From positions 34,968,001 through 35,032,000 of the forward strand of contig OZ260662.1 in NCBI GenBank assembly GCA_965285935.1: DNA of 64,000 bases, in the 5' to 3' direction. The notes under the pieces are model-generated. The model did not search any database. It was given only the letters and a program-made list of their open reading frames with translations, and had not been told where the DNA came from. A program made the position numbers and the translations under genes. Of the stretch, positions 13,330-26,300 are shown in pieces (positions within the stretch are counted from its first letter, which is position 1; each line of letters begins with the position of its first letter). This stretch comes from Ophelia neglecta (lineage: Eukaryota).

Positions 13330-13630
13330 TCACTATTGCACAGTTGCTACTGGCCTTTTCGTTTCGCTAACTGATTTCACAAAAGGACACTTATATTTTA
13401 AGTGAGGTTGAACAAGTTCCACGGAACGGTTTTTCCCTTAAATTCAGTTTAGTTTCCTGCAATCTTACTCTTTGCATTGTTGTCCTTAAGTGCATAGTTT
13501 TATTTGCATATTTACACATCCTCGAAGGTCGAGATTTTACGCCCCGTACAGAACTTTCGTGCTGTCGTCTTTTCGGTGTCTCTTGAAATAGGATGATATG
13601 TGACGTGACATTGTCTTGTAGCAATCGTTC
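13330..13630 (-). pseudogene. Decayed Ig V-type exon
   Basis: Strong acceptor tttatttattctag|, then FQETPK/DDSTKVLYGA*NLDLRGC, later FNLT..GQ*Q.C. Confidence 0.4.
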
Positions 13631-14069
13631 CTAGAATAAATAAAGTAACATTTAATTGGAAAATAAGGCTGATCGAATGGAAATGTTGTGAAAAGTCTTA
13701 ACTGTAAACATAAGGCAATGAAAAGTCAGGCGCCTGTTTTTTGTTAATTTGTTACGGGAGTCGCCAACAAGAAAATAATGAAATGGTAAAAACTAGATTT
13801 CATTCTCCTCCACGGGTCTATCGGTACATATAAGACATATACTACTGGGTGTGGTCACCATGGAGCGCCGTACGGATTGTCTATAACATTATATACTTAA
13901 CAAGCAATATCTTCTTAAGCTATTAAGAAAATGTTTCACTTTTCTTAAAGGTTAATGACATTATATAGTATTGGGAAGCAGCGATAAATCATCACTTGAA
14001 GTATTCATCTGAATTATAAGATAAGACCGCGTTAATTAAATAAGTATGCCATGCATACACTTAAAACAC

Positions 14070-14410
14070 CAGCTTCTTTAACATGATCATGAGCCTCCAT
14101 GGATAGTGGAGTGAACCCTCTATGGTGTCTACTCAAATTAGACTTATTCAATCTCCCGATTCGCCGAGATAGGCCAATTGAAACGGAAATAGGCCTTGCT
14201 TTTATATCAAGCATCACATGCTAATCCCTTCGGGGTGTGGTATAAAGGGAAGGGCAGAGCCTTTGAGCCCCTCCGTAGGTCCCAGACAACTGCTGAGCCA
14301 GATGGCTAACCTAAGTGTCTGGTTCATCACCATGGCTGTCGGGGCTCAGGACATCAAGATAGAACCGTGTGGTAAGCCATGTCATCAGATCCATGGACTA
14401 CATAGTGTCA
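14070..14410 (+). pseudogene. Decayed Ig V-end + C2 exon running into the gap
   Basis: FFNMIM..MDSGVNPLWC, then SITC*SLRG / VWYKG. Confidence 0.4.
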
Positions 14411-14417
14411 AAACCAA

Positions 14418-14693
14418 NNNNNNNNNNNNNNNNNNNNNNNNNNNNNNNNNNNNNNNNNNNNNNNNNNNNNNNNNNNNNNNNNNNNNNNNNNNNNNNNNNN
14501 NNNNNNNNNNNNNNNNNNNNNNNNNNNNNNNNNNNNNNNNNNNNNNNNNNNNNNNNNNNNNNNNNNNNNNNNNNNNNNNNNNNNNNNNNNNNNNNNNNNN
14601 NNNNNNNNNNNNNNNNNNNNNNNNNNNNNNNNNNNNNNNNNNNNNNNNNNNNNNNNNNNNNNNNNNNNNNNNNNNNNNNNNNNNNNNNNNNNN
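14418..14693. other. Assembly gap (276 N)
   Basis: Run of N. Confidence 1.
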
Positions 14694-14744
14694 GGTTCGG
14701 TTCTTGTATGTAGATTAGGCACATATTGAGACCCGTTTTAATAC

Positions 14745-15162
14745 TGCGGTCAAGGCGCCTGGTTAAGGCTCTTTCCACTGGGGTCTAAGAGTCTTTTTCA
14801 ACCCTGTCCTCTATATTATAGGCGCCCGATTGGGACTATTGCCACCACGTTCTAGGCGTGTGTTTAAGCCCTTTTCTCTGTTGTATATGCCCCTGGGTAG
14901 GTCTCTCTACCCTGCGGTCTATGTGTCTGTTTAGGTTCCTCTTCATTGTGGCCTAGGCGCGTGTTTTAGCCATCTTCTCTGTGGTCTAGGCGTCATGTTA
15001 GGGCCTCTTGCAATGCGCTCTAGGCGCCTCATTAAGTGTCTCCCTACTGAGATCTAGGCCCTCCCTCTATGCCCCTTTTCTCTGTGGTCTAGCCAACTGG
15101 TTAGGTCCCCCTATTCTGTGGTCTAGCCGCCTGTAAGGTCTTTCTCCTCTGTGGTCTAGTCT
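14745..15162. repeat. Degenerate ~33-35-bp minisatellite (CTCTGTGGTCTAGGCGC..TTAGGCCC-like)
   Basis: Recurrent TCTGTGGTCTAG / TCTAGGCG cores with regular spacing. Confidence 0.8.
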
Positions 15163-16092
15163 AGTAGCGACATCATGGCATAACCAAGGAAAAGTGCAAG
15201 GGACTCGCTGGATCATATTTAGAAGAGTGGGCTCAGGACTATACCAAATGTATCTTGACAGTTGATGATCACAGTACTCGTGTAAACAAAAGTTTCATTT
15301 CTGGACAACTATAGTCATAAATTGATCCCTTAACTTGTAATTTAATCCTGGGGAATCCCCATACCGTAGTGTACAAATAGGAGATACTTAAAGGACATTA
15401 CCTTTCATTAATTTTATTAGTGTGTATAATTTATATTCTAATTGATAATTCACGTTGTTGTATATAGCACCGGTGTCTCTATGTAAAACTTCAGACTAAA
15501 AGGGCTGCAGTGGTAACATTTTAATTCAAATAGGCCTATATTAATAAAATATAATAGGGTATAACTTCAATAATCAATCCCTTGCAATTGCAGGGCGTGA
15601 ATGTTTCAGCAACTTTGCATTATTTGAATCTAATTGACGGTGTGTAAACCGTTAAGGGTCACACTCCCTAGAATGGATTACAATACACGTCCGTATCTTG
15701 GCCAATAAAGGTTCTAAAATTATTTCAAATGCCTTCTTATGTCAACGAAACTATCATAAACATTCGGAGGAAAAAGTAAATTGACCTGATTTAGTGGCAT
15801 TGGGTTTGCTGGTGGTGTCAAATATATGTATAGGGTCCCATGCACATTTACTTCAACAACAGATGGTTTCCCATATTATGTTATGTATTTAGGTGAAAAG
15901 GTATCATTCAGTTTTATTCACAAATAGAAGTTAATCGTATAAGAACTGTAAAACAGCCAGAGTGTACTGGTGAGATTGATAATCACTTGATGTGTGTTCA
16001 TTTGATAAATAAAAGCCCAATAATATTTTACTGTTTACTCTCAATTTCTGCACACACACAGAATTTACAGAAGAATCAAATCAACTCAGATT

Positions 16093-16666
16093 TTAAACGA
16101 CCAGGGAGATTTTAATTTTCATTGACACTATTTGCAGATCCAAATTGTATGCAAGACTATCATTGTAGAAGAAGTTCGATTGCTTACTGCATGTAACCGT
16201 GAAATGGCACAGGTCCACGTTGTTTTTTAAAACAGGTCCACATTGTGCATGTGTGTCAACGTCCTTTCTTATTCCATCTAAACCGGAAGTGCATTTGTTC
16301 TTGCCCAGAGCAGACGATGGCGGAAATTCGCTGACCGGTTGACGACTGAAATGAGTGTAATGATATAAAACGGTCAGCAACTTGTTAACGTAAGCAACAT
16401 CCGTAAAATAATCCACTGGATCCGATATACTTAACAAAACATTGTATTATCAGTGCTCGTAGCCTCAATGCGTCCTTTTAGAGGCTCATGAAGAGCTCTT
16501 TCACGAGTATTTGGTTTCATCCCAACACATTTCCCCCACAAAAGCCAGCCAGCGCCTATGATATTCTGTAATGGGCAGAATGCAAATCTTGTGTTTGACT
16601 CACGTCGCTGCATGTCAGTCGATTGGTGAAAAGATTCCAGATCTTCTACAACAATAGGCTTAAAAC
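16093..16666 (-). pseudogene. Decayed Ig V+C2 exon
   Basis: Phase-1 acceptor ctctgtctgcag|gt. About 190 codons with only one frameshift: RFAFC..GWLLW..PLKGRIE../LLSISD..KLLTVL..QPVSEFP..KCTSG..HFTVTCSKQS. Confidence 0.45.
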
Positions 16667-19613
16667 CTGCAGACAGAGTTGTGATTAGAGTATTATTAGT
16701 TTGCATCGAGTGATGGGAAATGGGGGAAGCATCGCTTTGAAAAGGTACATCGCTTTCCTATAGACGATCTTTATAGAATTGAACCGAAAGCTGAAAGAAT
16801 GACAGAAAAAATATGTTTGATATATTCATACTCATGCGCCTTTACGATCTTCTTTATTCGCAGTTGTTCGATTTCCGATTTGTGCGTCTCGATGTTGGTG
16901 AAATCGCGTAGTGCGCACTGAATGCTGTATTGTCGCAGTAGACCCTGTGGCGACGCGCGAAACGCGATATCCCCAGATCAATACGCGTATCAATAAGCTG
17001 AATAAGTCAGAATGCGCGTCCACAATCTCGTCTGTTTGTATATGTTATTCTTTTGTTAGTATGTTGTTGATATACGTAATGTCGAGATAGTTCGAATGGG
17101 AACGGGCCAGGTGTCTTCGACAATAGTTAGCCTGTATAGCAAAGCAGATTTCTTCGCCATTTAGCCTTCACCAAGTGAACATTAACTGTGGCAGGGTATT
17201 GGCTTGTACTTGCTTTTTTAAGTGATGTTTCCAGCCCCAGTTCCCTACCATGATTTCAATGATAGGTGCCTGGACCCATTCTTGCGGATCTCTCAGACGG
17301 ACCCTCAACACTGTTATAGGCCCCCTTTCTAAATATTAGCCATTATGGTGTGCCTGACTTTGTTGACTTGCCCTTTGACCTAACTTCATCCTCGAAAAAA
17401 GAACAAATCGATGCGGATGCGATGCATTGCAGTTCGTCTGCTCCCATTTTGGACAAGCCTTCGGACCGGAAGTGCTAAAACAAACAGAATACGGTTAACT
17501 GGGGATCAATAAAAGTACTCAACATGCAAATGGAGCATTGTAATGACCGGTGGAAAATTGATTGTTAAAGATATTGATTAGCGACGTACAGAGAGGTATT
17601 TCATTTCAATAACCTGCATATGTTTATGTCAGTCCGTTTGTTTTCCATCAGTCCGTGATCGACTAGTCATCATTCAAATTGTGATCGATACATCCCTAGA
17701 AATTGTTTTCTTGTTATCGCGCCAGGCGTTTATGACATACTAACAAAGACAGGCATGACATATACTAATCAACTTGGTTAATTATTGTGTATTTTCAAAA
17801 GCATACATATGCAATAAAGGAGCTGGTTTATTTGTCAGACACCATGAAGCCAGAGCATGGTTCCCGATTAATAACGGATGGCTACGCATTGGAAATGACA
17901 AGACCATGATGACTGCCTTTTTATTGCCAGGATTTCTAGCTCAGTCCTGTAGATTGAACCGAATCCCATCACATCGTCAACTTATAGTCCCAATGTCGAC
18001 ATCTACATAGTTTTATTTTTATCTGTTATTAGTAATTATGAGATCGATAATAACTTTCTTTATGTGAATGTCTATACTTATCTAATGCTTAGATGCATAA
18101 CACAAAGTGACAGAAGAGGGTGTTGTCAGCAACCAAACAGAACCACCCCCTCGGCGTTTATACCTACACAGGGTAAATTGATAATTACTGGCTGCATGTT
18201 TATTGTATAGCTCCCTGCTTAACTTGTGTGAATACTATGCTTGTTTTGCCCCCCCCCCCCCCTTGCTACCTCCTCAGCCACATCAGAGGACATGCCCTCA
18301 AGAGGATGTGCTGTGAAGGCGTGCGCACTAGGAAGGAAAGTAAGTGATCCCTGTAAGCGCCGAAGACCATGCTGTCTATCTATAACCGAAAGCATGCTCT
18401 GAGCGCAGCCTGCGCCGTAGACAGCGCGCGCTGTCCAATGCGCGAAATATGAAAGCGCGCAAACTAAGAAGGCATGGGGGCACTGCAAAGGCAACGTACA
18501 CCTACTCGGAAGGTAATTGCATTCTGAGGGAAGCGGGCTCCGAGGAAAATGCGTTGTTAGAGGACGAGCTCCCAGAATGAATAACGCTTTTAATTACCGT
18601 TTTGCCATTGCGAATCTATTCCAATGCGTATAGAGGTCGCTCAAATCAAACATCCGGTCCGAAGCTTGTACAGCTTTTGGATCGTTACTGATTGGCTGGA
18701 TAAGATCACCTGATTATTTGGACGCCTATTTTGGTGTGGAGACCCAGTTGGGGCGGGAAATTTGCCACTCGTCCCTCGGTATGAATACTCATGGACCAAT
18801 GGGGTCAAGGGAAGTTTCAATTTAGTGCCCATTTGTGGGGGATTGATGACACGTGTCGAAACTGTCTATTTGTACACAAATCGTAATGGCCCACTTAGCC
18901 AGGGCAAAGAGACTCTAAGTGCCTTAGGCTAAATGCCTAAATGCGACTCCATAGAAAACTGTCTTCGTTCCCTTCAAATGGAACCATTAGAGAAAATGAT
19001 TTGGTCCTCCGTGCCTCGACTTTCCAGTGACTCTGCGAGGTCCCATTTAATTTTCCTTTTGGGAGTCGAGACTTGGTCTTAAATGTTCACAAAAGTGTAT
19101 TACAGGACGAAATTTAGGTGTTTTGTGTCGGTTTCAAAAGACGAGTGGGATTGAATGGGCCTAGCTTGGGCTTAATCACGTTATTTCAACCCCAGCGATG
19201 GGAGAATGAAAGGGCCACTGCATTAGAATGCACGGCCGATGAAGGCTTTGAAAATACGGGTATTACGGAAAAGTCGAAGAACTTGTGCTGAGCTATTAAG
19301 TTTGTCAAGAGAGCTGTACAATTAAAGCTAATTTCGCCCGATGGTTTTAGCATTGTAGCGCAGTCAATGAGAGGTCTTTATAGTCGAGGACTTTCTGTGT
19401 GCCAAGAAGTATTGACGCCAAGTTTCGGGGCCGTTCGTCTTCTTCTGAAAGGAAAATGAAAGGAGAAAACGTTTGCCAGGCATTGGAGACTTGTAAGACG
19501 ACAGCTAATAATATAGTTGCTTGAAAAGAATTGTGAAGAGAATATTTCTATTGTGACAGTCTTTGAGATGCAGTATAAAAGATTGACTGATGATCTATAT
19601 GTCTCTTATGTAG

Positions 19614-20209
19614 GTTTCACCATCGGCATTGTGTCCTACACTCCTGCAAAGTGTTGCTATTGTAACCGAGAGAACAATTTAAAACTACACTGCATTCAGT
19701 CGTCAATGGTTGAGAGGTATTGTTGCGATGGCCAAACCCACAAAAGCAAACGTTCGCGCAGCCAATGAGCACCATCTGTACGGTGAAAACAATGCATTTC
19801 AACGATCTTGCCATCTTTTGAAGGCGCGCATCCATTTGATTATTGGTAGTGACGATTGAATCCCACCCACAGCCAGTCATGGGTGCGCATTGTTAGCTTT
19901 CATGGCGGAGTATTTTAGCCAGGGAGACAGAATGTCTGCCGGCTTTTGTAGTGTGCCTTTCTTTAGCGCTTGCTTTCACCAATGGGCTATTTGTGGTGTG
20001 TACTTTAGCATAGCGCAGGGGTGGTTAAGCGCCAGACGCTCGCAAGAGACCACACGATACCAACTCGGTTTGGCTGTGTCGGCTGCTGCTGGACTCCGTC
20101 GTACCAGCCAGTGGTACTTACCATAAAAATATGGATTATATTTAAGGAATACCATTCTGTGTGACTCCTCGTCCAAACTGATGGACACATGTCTGTCACT
20201 GGCAACTTG
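19614..20209 (+). pseudogene. Decayed Ig V+C2 exon with both splice sites
   Basis: Acceptor tctcttatgtag|gt (phase 1) and donor ttg|gtaagt. Reads SVAIVTE / NNLKLHC / QWLRG, TVKTMHFNDLAIF, YFSQGDRMSAGFCSVP..HQW, NTILCDSS..DTCL. Confidence 0.5.
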
Positions 20210-21049
20210 GTAAGTAGGTTTTCAATCACTACTGTCAGGGTGTCGGGGCGGAAAGAAGAGTAGCAGAGGTGCGAGAAGGTGAAATGGAACGGGGAATTAT
20301 GTGTTAAAGGTCAGGGGTGGGTCATGTCAACTTTCCAACTGACTACACTCCAACATGTAAACTGCCTTCGACAGCCTGACAGTGGTATAAGTTAAGCCTG
20401 CCCTCGTCGTCAAGATGTTTCTTGTATGCTAGTTAGTGGAGGTTTTACTTGAAATGTGTTGTAAACTTGATGTCGCTCCTGCTACCTATTATCGCCGGCC
20501 TGTCTACCAGGCTGTGTACATATACGTGAATGTGTTCGTGTGTTGAATTCATTACTATTACTGTAGATCAATGGTAAGGCCGGCTAGAATGTTTTCCAAA
20601 GTGAAAGCTGTTTTCAGTCGAACTTATAATGAGTATGTTCGCTTTCATACAAACTAAAGAATATCCATAATCGATGGTCTCAATTTAGTTGTATTGGTGA
20701 AAACAAGTTGTCGAGATGTCTACCACGTTTAAGCAATGGCACCTTAGGACACAAGGCACCATTTGTTGATGTGTGTACCTGTATACAAAGAAAGCGGCTG
20801 AATTACTTTACTTGAAAAGACGACGCTATAGCTTTGCACATATATTATATGGCCCTCACAGGGAATCTTTCATTTAAATTCAAGAACGTTCTAAATTCTG
20901 TTTCCAGCCCTTTAAGGAAATGACTGAAGGCCCGCACATAAAACGAGGTGCATATTTCAAGACCCTACCTGGAGGTTTTGTTGAACAGATGCACGTTGAA
21001 TGAAAGCAGTGAATACCTCGATGGTCCTCTTTGAATCTCTTGTTTTGCC

Positions 21050-21346
21050 ATCACATGTTCCAGGCTATTAAAACAGACTATATTCTCGTAAATGCATCTT
21101 TTGAAAGCACTCTGAATGAGGCAGCATCAGGCGGGGTTGCAAACAAGTATACAATTGATGCGGGGATTTTGTAGTCAACTGGCAGACTTTATGAGCGGAA
21201 TTGTTGGAGATTTCAATGAACTTATAAAGGGATTCTATCTACTTAACATTGGTAACAATTCGGCTTTGCAAGTCTTTTCAAACCGATATATGCTACGTAC
21301 GTGTGAACGTTGTCATTGTATCACATTTCATGTAAGCGGTGCATAA
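21050..21346 (+). pseudogene. Decayed Ig V-type domain (nephrin/Kirre-like D-E strand signature)
   Basis: GIVGDFNELIKGFYLLNIGNNS resembles the IVGD...GEYNLxIxN motif. Confidence 0.45.
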
Positions 21347-21879
21347 CAGGTTTTTGCTGGCAAATAGAAGTGCAAGAACATGGTTTCAATTAATAGCACG
21401 GTTAAAGCAATATTTTTGCTACATATTATGTATTAGTTTTTTTAATACATTGGTAATCCATTTAATCTCTCCAGCTATGTGAAGCTAATATCCCCGTGTA
21501 ACACAATCCTGTAACTTCAGGTTCATTTTGACAAGGTTCTATATAATATTTGATCATTTGTAATGCAGGTTTACATAGTTTGTCTGTGCCTATTGTCAAA
21601 CAAACCTGTGCAAATCAGCTGTGTGGTTCTAATGTCATTGATGAATTAGCAAAACATGTACAAATGGAAAACACGTCCTTATAATTTATCACTGCTTTGT
21701 TAGATTTGGGGTCCGCTTTGTTTATTTCCAATGCTAAACATTTTAATGTTCTTTGAGGTGGCAGTTATTAGCAAGGACTTCAACATCATTTCTGCTCGGA
21801 CCCATTTGATTTGATTAAATTTAAGTAGTTTTTTATATGACTTAAGGGTGGTACCCAACATTCAGAGATACGACAACAT

Positions 21880-22300
21880 AATCGAGTGTTATTGAATTTT
21901 GAACCGTATAACGTGTCAGAAAATCATGGTTTCTGCCTGGGGTATGAGGAGTAGTCAGTGAACAAGGTGTGTGCAAGAGACATGGATGTACAACACCGAG
22001 TTACGGTTTAGATGGCGGTGGACAGCCAATATGATCATTAATATGACACAGGCCAGACTGTTGTGTTGACCACCAGATTAGCTGACAAACATTGATTAAA
22101 GAATATTTGTTTCATATGCCTTTGTTCCGACTCTGGGGTGGCGCCGCAAAAGTGGTCTAGTGATGGAAACTTGACTGGTCGTGCTGATAGAACACGTTCA
22201 TCATTCGCCTGGACGATACAACTGCTAATCCCAACAACTGTTCATCAACCTGCTTATAGTGTTCTCCTGACTTTACCCATTGCCTCCATATATCGCTTAT
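21880..22300 (+). pseudogene. Decayed Ig C2-end plus next Ig domain
   Basis: One frame of about 135 codons with 4 internal stops: LNFEP..ENHGFC..VCARDMDVQH..YDTGQTVVLT. Confidence 0.35.
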
Positions 22301-23075
22301 AGAGTTGATTCAATAATGTTTTAGTATTCAGACATATAGACACGCTTAGAGTCAGGTTTTAAGTTAATGGACAAAGACAAAGTTGGTCTGTTAGTTCTAC
22401 GTTCACACCTGGGTCAATGTGTTGAATGCCTCACTTTGTTATAACCTCGTGAAATCAAGATGTCATTATGCGGTATGTTTGAACTTCCTCTCTTGATTGA
22501 ATCCGCCGGTGTTATTGAGATGCTATGGTATGAAATGTAAAGCAATGTCCACTCAGTACAAATGTGGGGTTCTTATGTTTTGGCCTTTGCCTGTTGAGCA
22601 GACGTTATAGCATTAGGCGATCAATGGCGGCTTGTGAGCTTGCCTTCGTCCATTGACTTAAGCTCTCACAGCTATTCATTTACGGTAAGATAAATATTTT
22701 ATAGCCGCATGTTCGAGTGTTATTTGGCCAAATTTTGAATAGCGTTTATGATAAAAATAGTGTTATTCTTCAGAATATTAATGAGGCGGAGAAGAAATCC
22801 AAAGATGAATAGTAAATGACGTCACTCGGTCCCAAGGGAATGAGGAATTCTTTTCATCGATGTCAATCTGGTTGGCATTGAAAGCAAAACCCTGGCTTTG
22901 GAAAGCGGGTACATTTCAATGCACGGCCACCAATATAGTCTTCTCGGCTCGGGTTTTACTTATTGTCAGCCTATAAACACACGAGACCAAACAATGTTCA
23001 TTATCCACGCACACGGTTCCTCTCATCTCTCTACCAACTCACATTGTTGATATCTAAATACACTTTCTAATGCAG

Positions 23076-23415
23076 CCGTTCGGTTATCAAAGGGGTTTCC
23101 ATGACATCGTCGATCCTTTAACATCGGTAACAATACCCGCCCCTTCAATGCCGTATGAATATCGTCGATGAAAGCCTCAGATAAGCCCGATGCATCTGAA
23201 CGTTTGATTGCTTAGGCCTTATTAGGAGGAAATGTTTGTTAAATGAATACCTATTCAGAAGCGAACGATTCTCCTCTATAGACCAATCACAAACCAATCT
23301 GGGTGAGGCAAATACCATTTGCAATGACAACAAATATTTATTTGAATTCAGACAGCAGCACAAAAGTGAAAGCACAAAAGTGATACAGCTCGTCTCCGAG
23401 CCATCTTGTTCCCTC
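23076..23415 (+). pseudogene. Decayed Ig V-type exon truncated by a minisatellite
   Basis: Acceptor tttctaatgcag|cc (phase 1). Reads IGNNT/LQCRM..SERFSSID..TNL..NDNKY..SESTKVIQLVSEPSCS. Confidence 0.45.
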
Positions 23416-25160
23416 TTTTGTAAGCTCCCTGTTTTGTAGGCTCCCTGTATTGTTGGCTCCCTGTATTGTTAGCTCCGTGGTTTTTTGGCTCCCTATTCAG
23501 TTGACTCCCTGTTCAGTTGGCTCCATGCTTTGTTGCTTCGCAGTGCTTTTGGCTCCCTATTTTCCTGACTCCAATTCTGCTGGCATCATGCTAAGAATAA
23601 TCCCCATACACGAATCAAATCACCCACAGTGGTCAGAACTCTCAGGAAAGAAGTGTTTTTGATTTATTGTCTCAGGTATAGGTGATTTTAATGAAGTCAA
23701 TATGACGCTATTTGTTTGTGACATTTTGATGGCCGCCGCTCTGTTTTCTAGGGTTTTGTTGGTTCACTGTATGGATGGCTCCTTGTTTTGTTGGCTCCCT
23801 GTTTTGTCCCCCCCCCCCCCCCCGGTTGATAGCTCCCAGTTTTGTTGGTTCCCTGTTTGGTTGCTTCCCTGTTTTGTTGGTTTCCTGTTTTGTTGGTTCC
23901 CTGTGTTGTTGGTTCCCTGTTTTGTTGGTTCCCTGTTTTGTTGGTTCCCTGTTTTGTTAGTTCCCTGTTTTGTTAGGTTTTGTTGGCTCCCTCTGCCTCC
24001 ATGTTTTGTTGATTCACTGAGTAGTTTCACTCCAATTTTCTTTGGTTTACTGTCTGGCTGGCTTCCTGTTTTGATGGCTCCCTGTTTTGATTTGGTCCGC
24101 CCGTGCGTAGCCTTTGTTGGATCTCTGTGTTTTTGGTTCACTGTCTAGTTTGCTCCCTGTTTAATTGACTAGTTGGCTCCCTGTTTGGTTGGCCCCTGTT
24201 TGGTTGGCTCCCTATTTAGCTGACTCCCTGTTTGGTTGACTCCCTGTTTGGTTGGCTCCCTGTTTGGTTGGCTCCTGTTTGGTTGACTCCCTGTTTGGTT
24301 GGCTCCCTGTTTGGTTGGCCCCTGTTTGGTTGGCTCCCTATTTAGCTGACTCCCTGTTTGGTTGGCTCGCTGTTTGCTTGGCTCCCTGTTTGCTTGGCCC
24401 CTGTTTGGTTGGCTCCCTATTTAGTTGACTCCCTGTCTGGTTGGCTCCCTGTTTGGTTGGCTCCTTGTCTTTATGGCTCACTGATTTGATATCTCCCTGT
24501 TTTCTTGGTTCACTGTCTACTTGGCTCTCTGTCTTGTTGACTCCCTGCTTTGTTGGCTCCCTATTTAGTTGACTCCCTGTTTTGTTGGTTCACTGTCTAG
24601 TTGGCTTCCTGTCTGGTTGGCTCCGTTTTTAGTTGACTCCCTGTTTAGTTGGTTCACTGTCTAGTTGGCTTCCTGTCTGGTTGGCTCCCTGTTTTCTTGG
24701 TTCACTGTCTACTTGGCTCCCTGTTTTGTTGGCCCACTGATTTAATGGCTCCCTGTTTAGTTGTCGTACTGTCTCATGACTTCCTGCTTCGTTGACTCCC
24801 TGTATAGTTGGTTCACTATCTGATTGACTCTCTGTCTAGATGTATTTATGTTTTGTTGTTTCCGTATTTGTTGGTTCCCTCTGTTGATGCCTCCATTTTT
24901 GTTGTTTCGCTTTTCAGTTTCACTTCTAGTTTTTTTTTTGGTTCACGGTCTGGTTGGCTCACTGTTTTGCTGGCTTTCTGTTTTGATTTGCTCCGTCTGT
25001 GCTTCTTTGGCTCTCTGTTTTGTTGGTTCACTATCTAGTTGTCTCCCTGTTTGGTTGGCTCCCTATTTTATTGGTTCACTATCTGATTGACTCCCTGTTT
25101 TGTTGGCTCCCTGTTTTGTTGGTTCACAGTTTATTTGATTCCCTGTTTAATTGGCTACCA
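23405..25160. repeat. 16-bp minisatellite (CCCTGTTTGGTTGGCT / CCCTGTTTTGTTGGTT) with internal higher-order duplication
   Basis: Dozens of 16-bp units, with a non-repeat interruption at about 23590-23740. Block 23997-24160 resembles block 24891-25050. Confidence 0.95.
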
Positions 25161-25879
25161 AGAAAACAGGGATGCATCAAAATGTATTGCGGTTGCTCCG
25201 CTATACTAGTACATTTTGAATTGTACTATTATCATATAGGGGCCTATATATATATATAACTCCACCTGAATTGACTTGTAATTTTGCTGATTTGGTGTTA
25301 TAATACACTCAGGTTAAATCTGTTCAAGTAGTGTCGTAGCCTGTTGATAGAAAAATGATGGAATTCACATCCATTTTTAAGACTGAGAAGAAGGCACTCA
25401 AAGAGTATATTTTATTACTGTTATAATTTAACCATCCAATGGGAATTTCTTTATCTGAACCACAAAGCTAACCACGTTACTGGTGACTGTGAACATGGGT
25501 GGCGTGCCTTAGATTGACTGGTATCCCAGATGACTGGCACTCAGGTGTCTCCGCGAGCAGCTTTATGACAACTTCATCTGCCAGCAATCAGATGAACCCG
25601 GCGATTGAAAGCGAATTATAACTGGCTGACAGCAAAAATGTGCAGAGCACACGCCACGTATTAATGGAGGCAGACGACAAGCCGAGGGTGCCGCTTGGCT
25701 GCCTAGGCGATTGTTTAGTTTTCTGGTATCTTTATTAGGAGACTGTCAACGGCCTCATCAACTAGACACTACCGCTGATAAGCCGAGCAACGACAGGATT
25801 AAAAAGTTAAATGGTTCTGCTCCCAGGTTAACCTTTTTGGCAACAGGTGTCATGTTTTAGTTTTATTCTCCATTAAAGC

Positions 25880-26300
25880 TTAATACTGTCAAAGCATTTC
25901 TAGACATCATTGTTGAATAGTGATGTCAATATTATGGCAGTGGTAATTTGGCGCCCTTTTCTCCCTCCAAACGACATATTGATGGGCCTGTCACCCCTCT
26001 CCTGATGGGATAATCTTTAGAGGCGATGTCACAGGACAGACAATTCCCTGTCCCGTGTTTTGTTTGGCTTGGCGGGTGGACAACTTGGCACCCTCTACTG
26101 ACCCCTCGACCTTACCTCATAATGATCAGGCTTTATGTACACATTGCATAAGCAGTCGGACCATCCTTTCAGTATGATCAACCATATTGTTCCCCCGCCC
26201 AGAGCAATTCTTTTCCCAACTCAATGCAAAATCATTAAACTGTTGCACATGGTTTTGTTCTTTGTATTTCTCCGTGAATTGCTTCACAAAATCGCAGCAC
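25880..26300 (+). pseudogene. Decayed Ig V-type exon
   Basis: CQYY / VVIWR, NDQA../YT/C, then HIVPPP..FPTQC. Confidence 0.35.

Noticed and set aside
14218-14778. Long ORFs containing X runs
   Set aside because: Artefacts of reading through the N gap.
23702-25259. Hydrophobic or Q/N/K/T-rich repetitive ORFs
   Set aside because: Translations of a 16-bp minisatellite whose unit length is not a multiple of 3.
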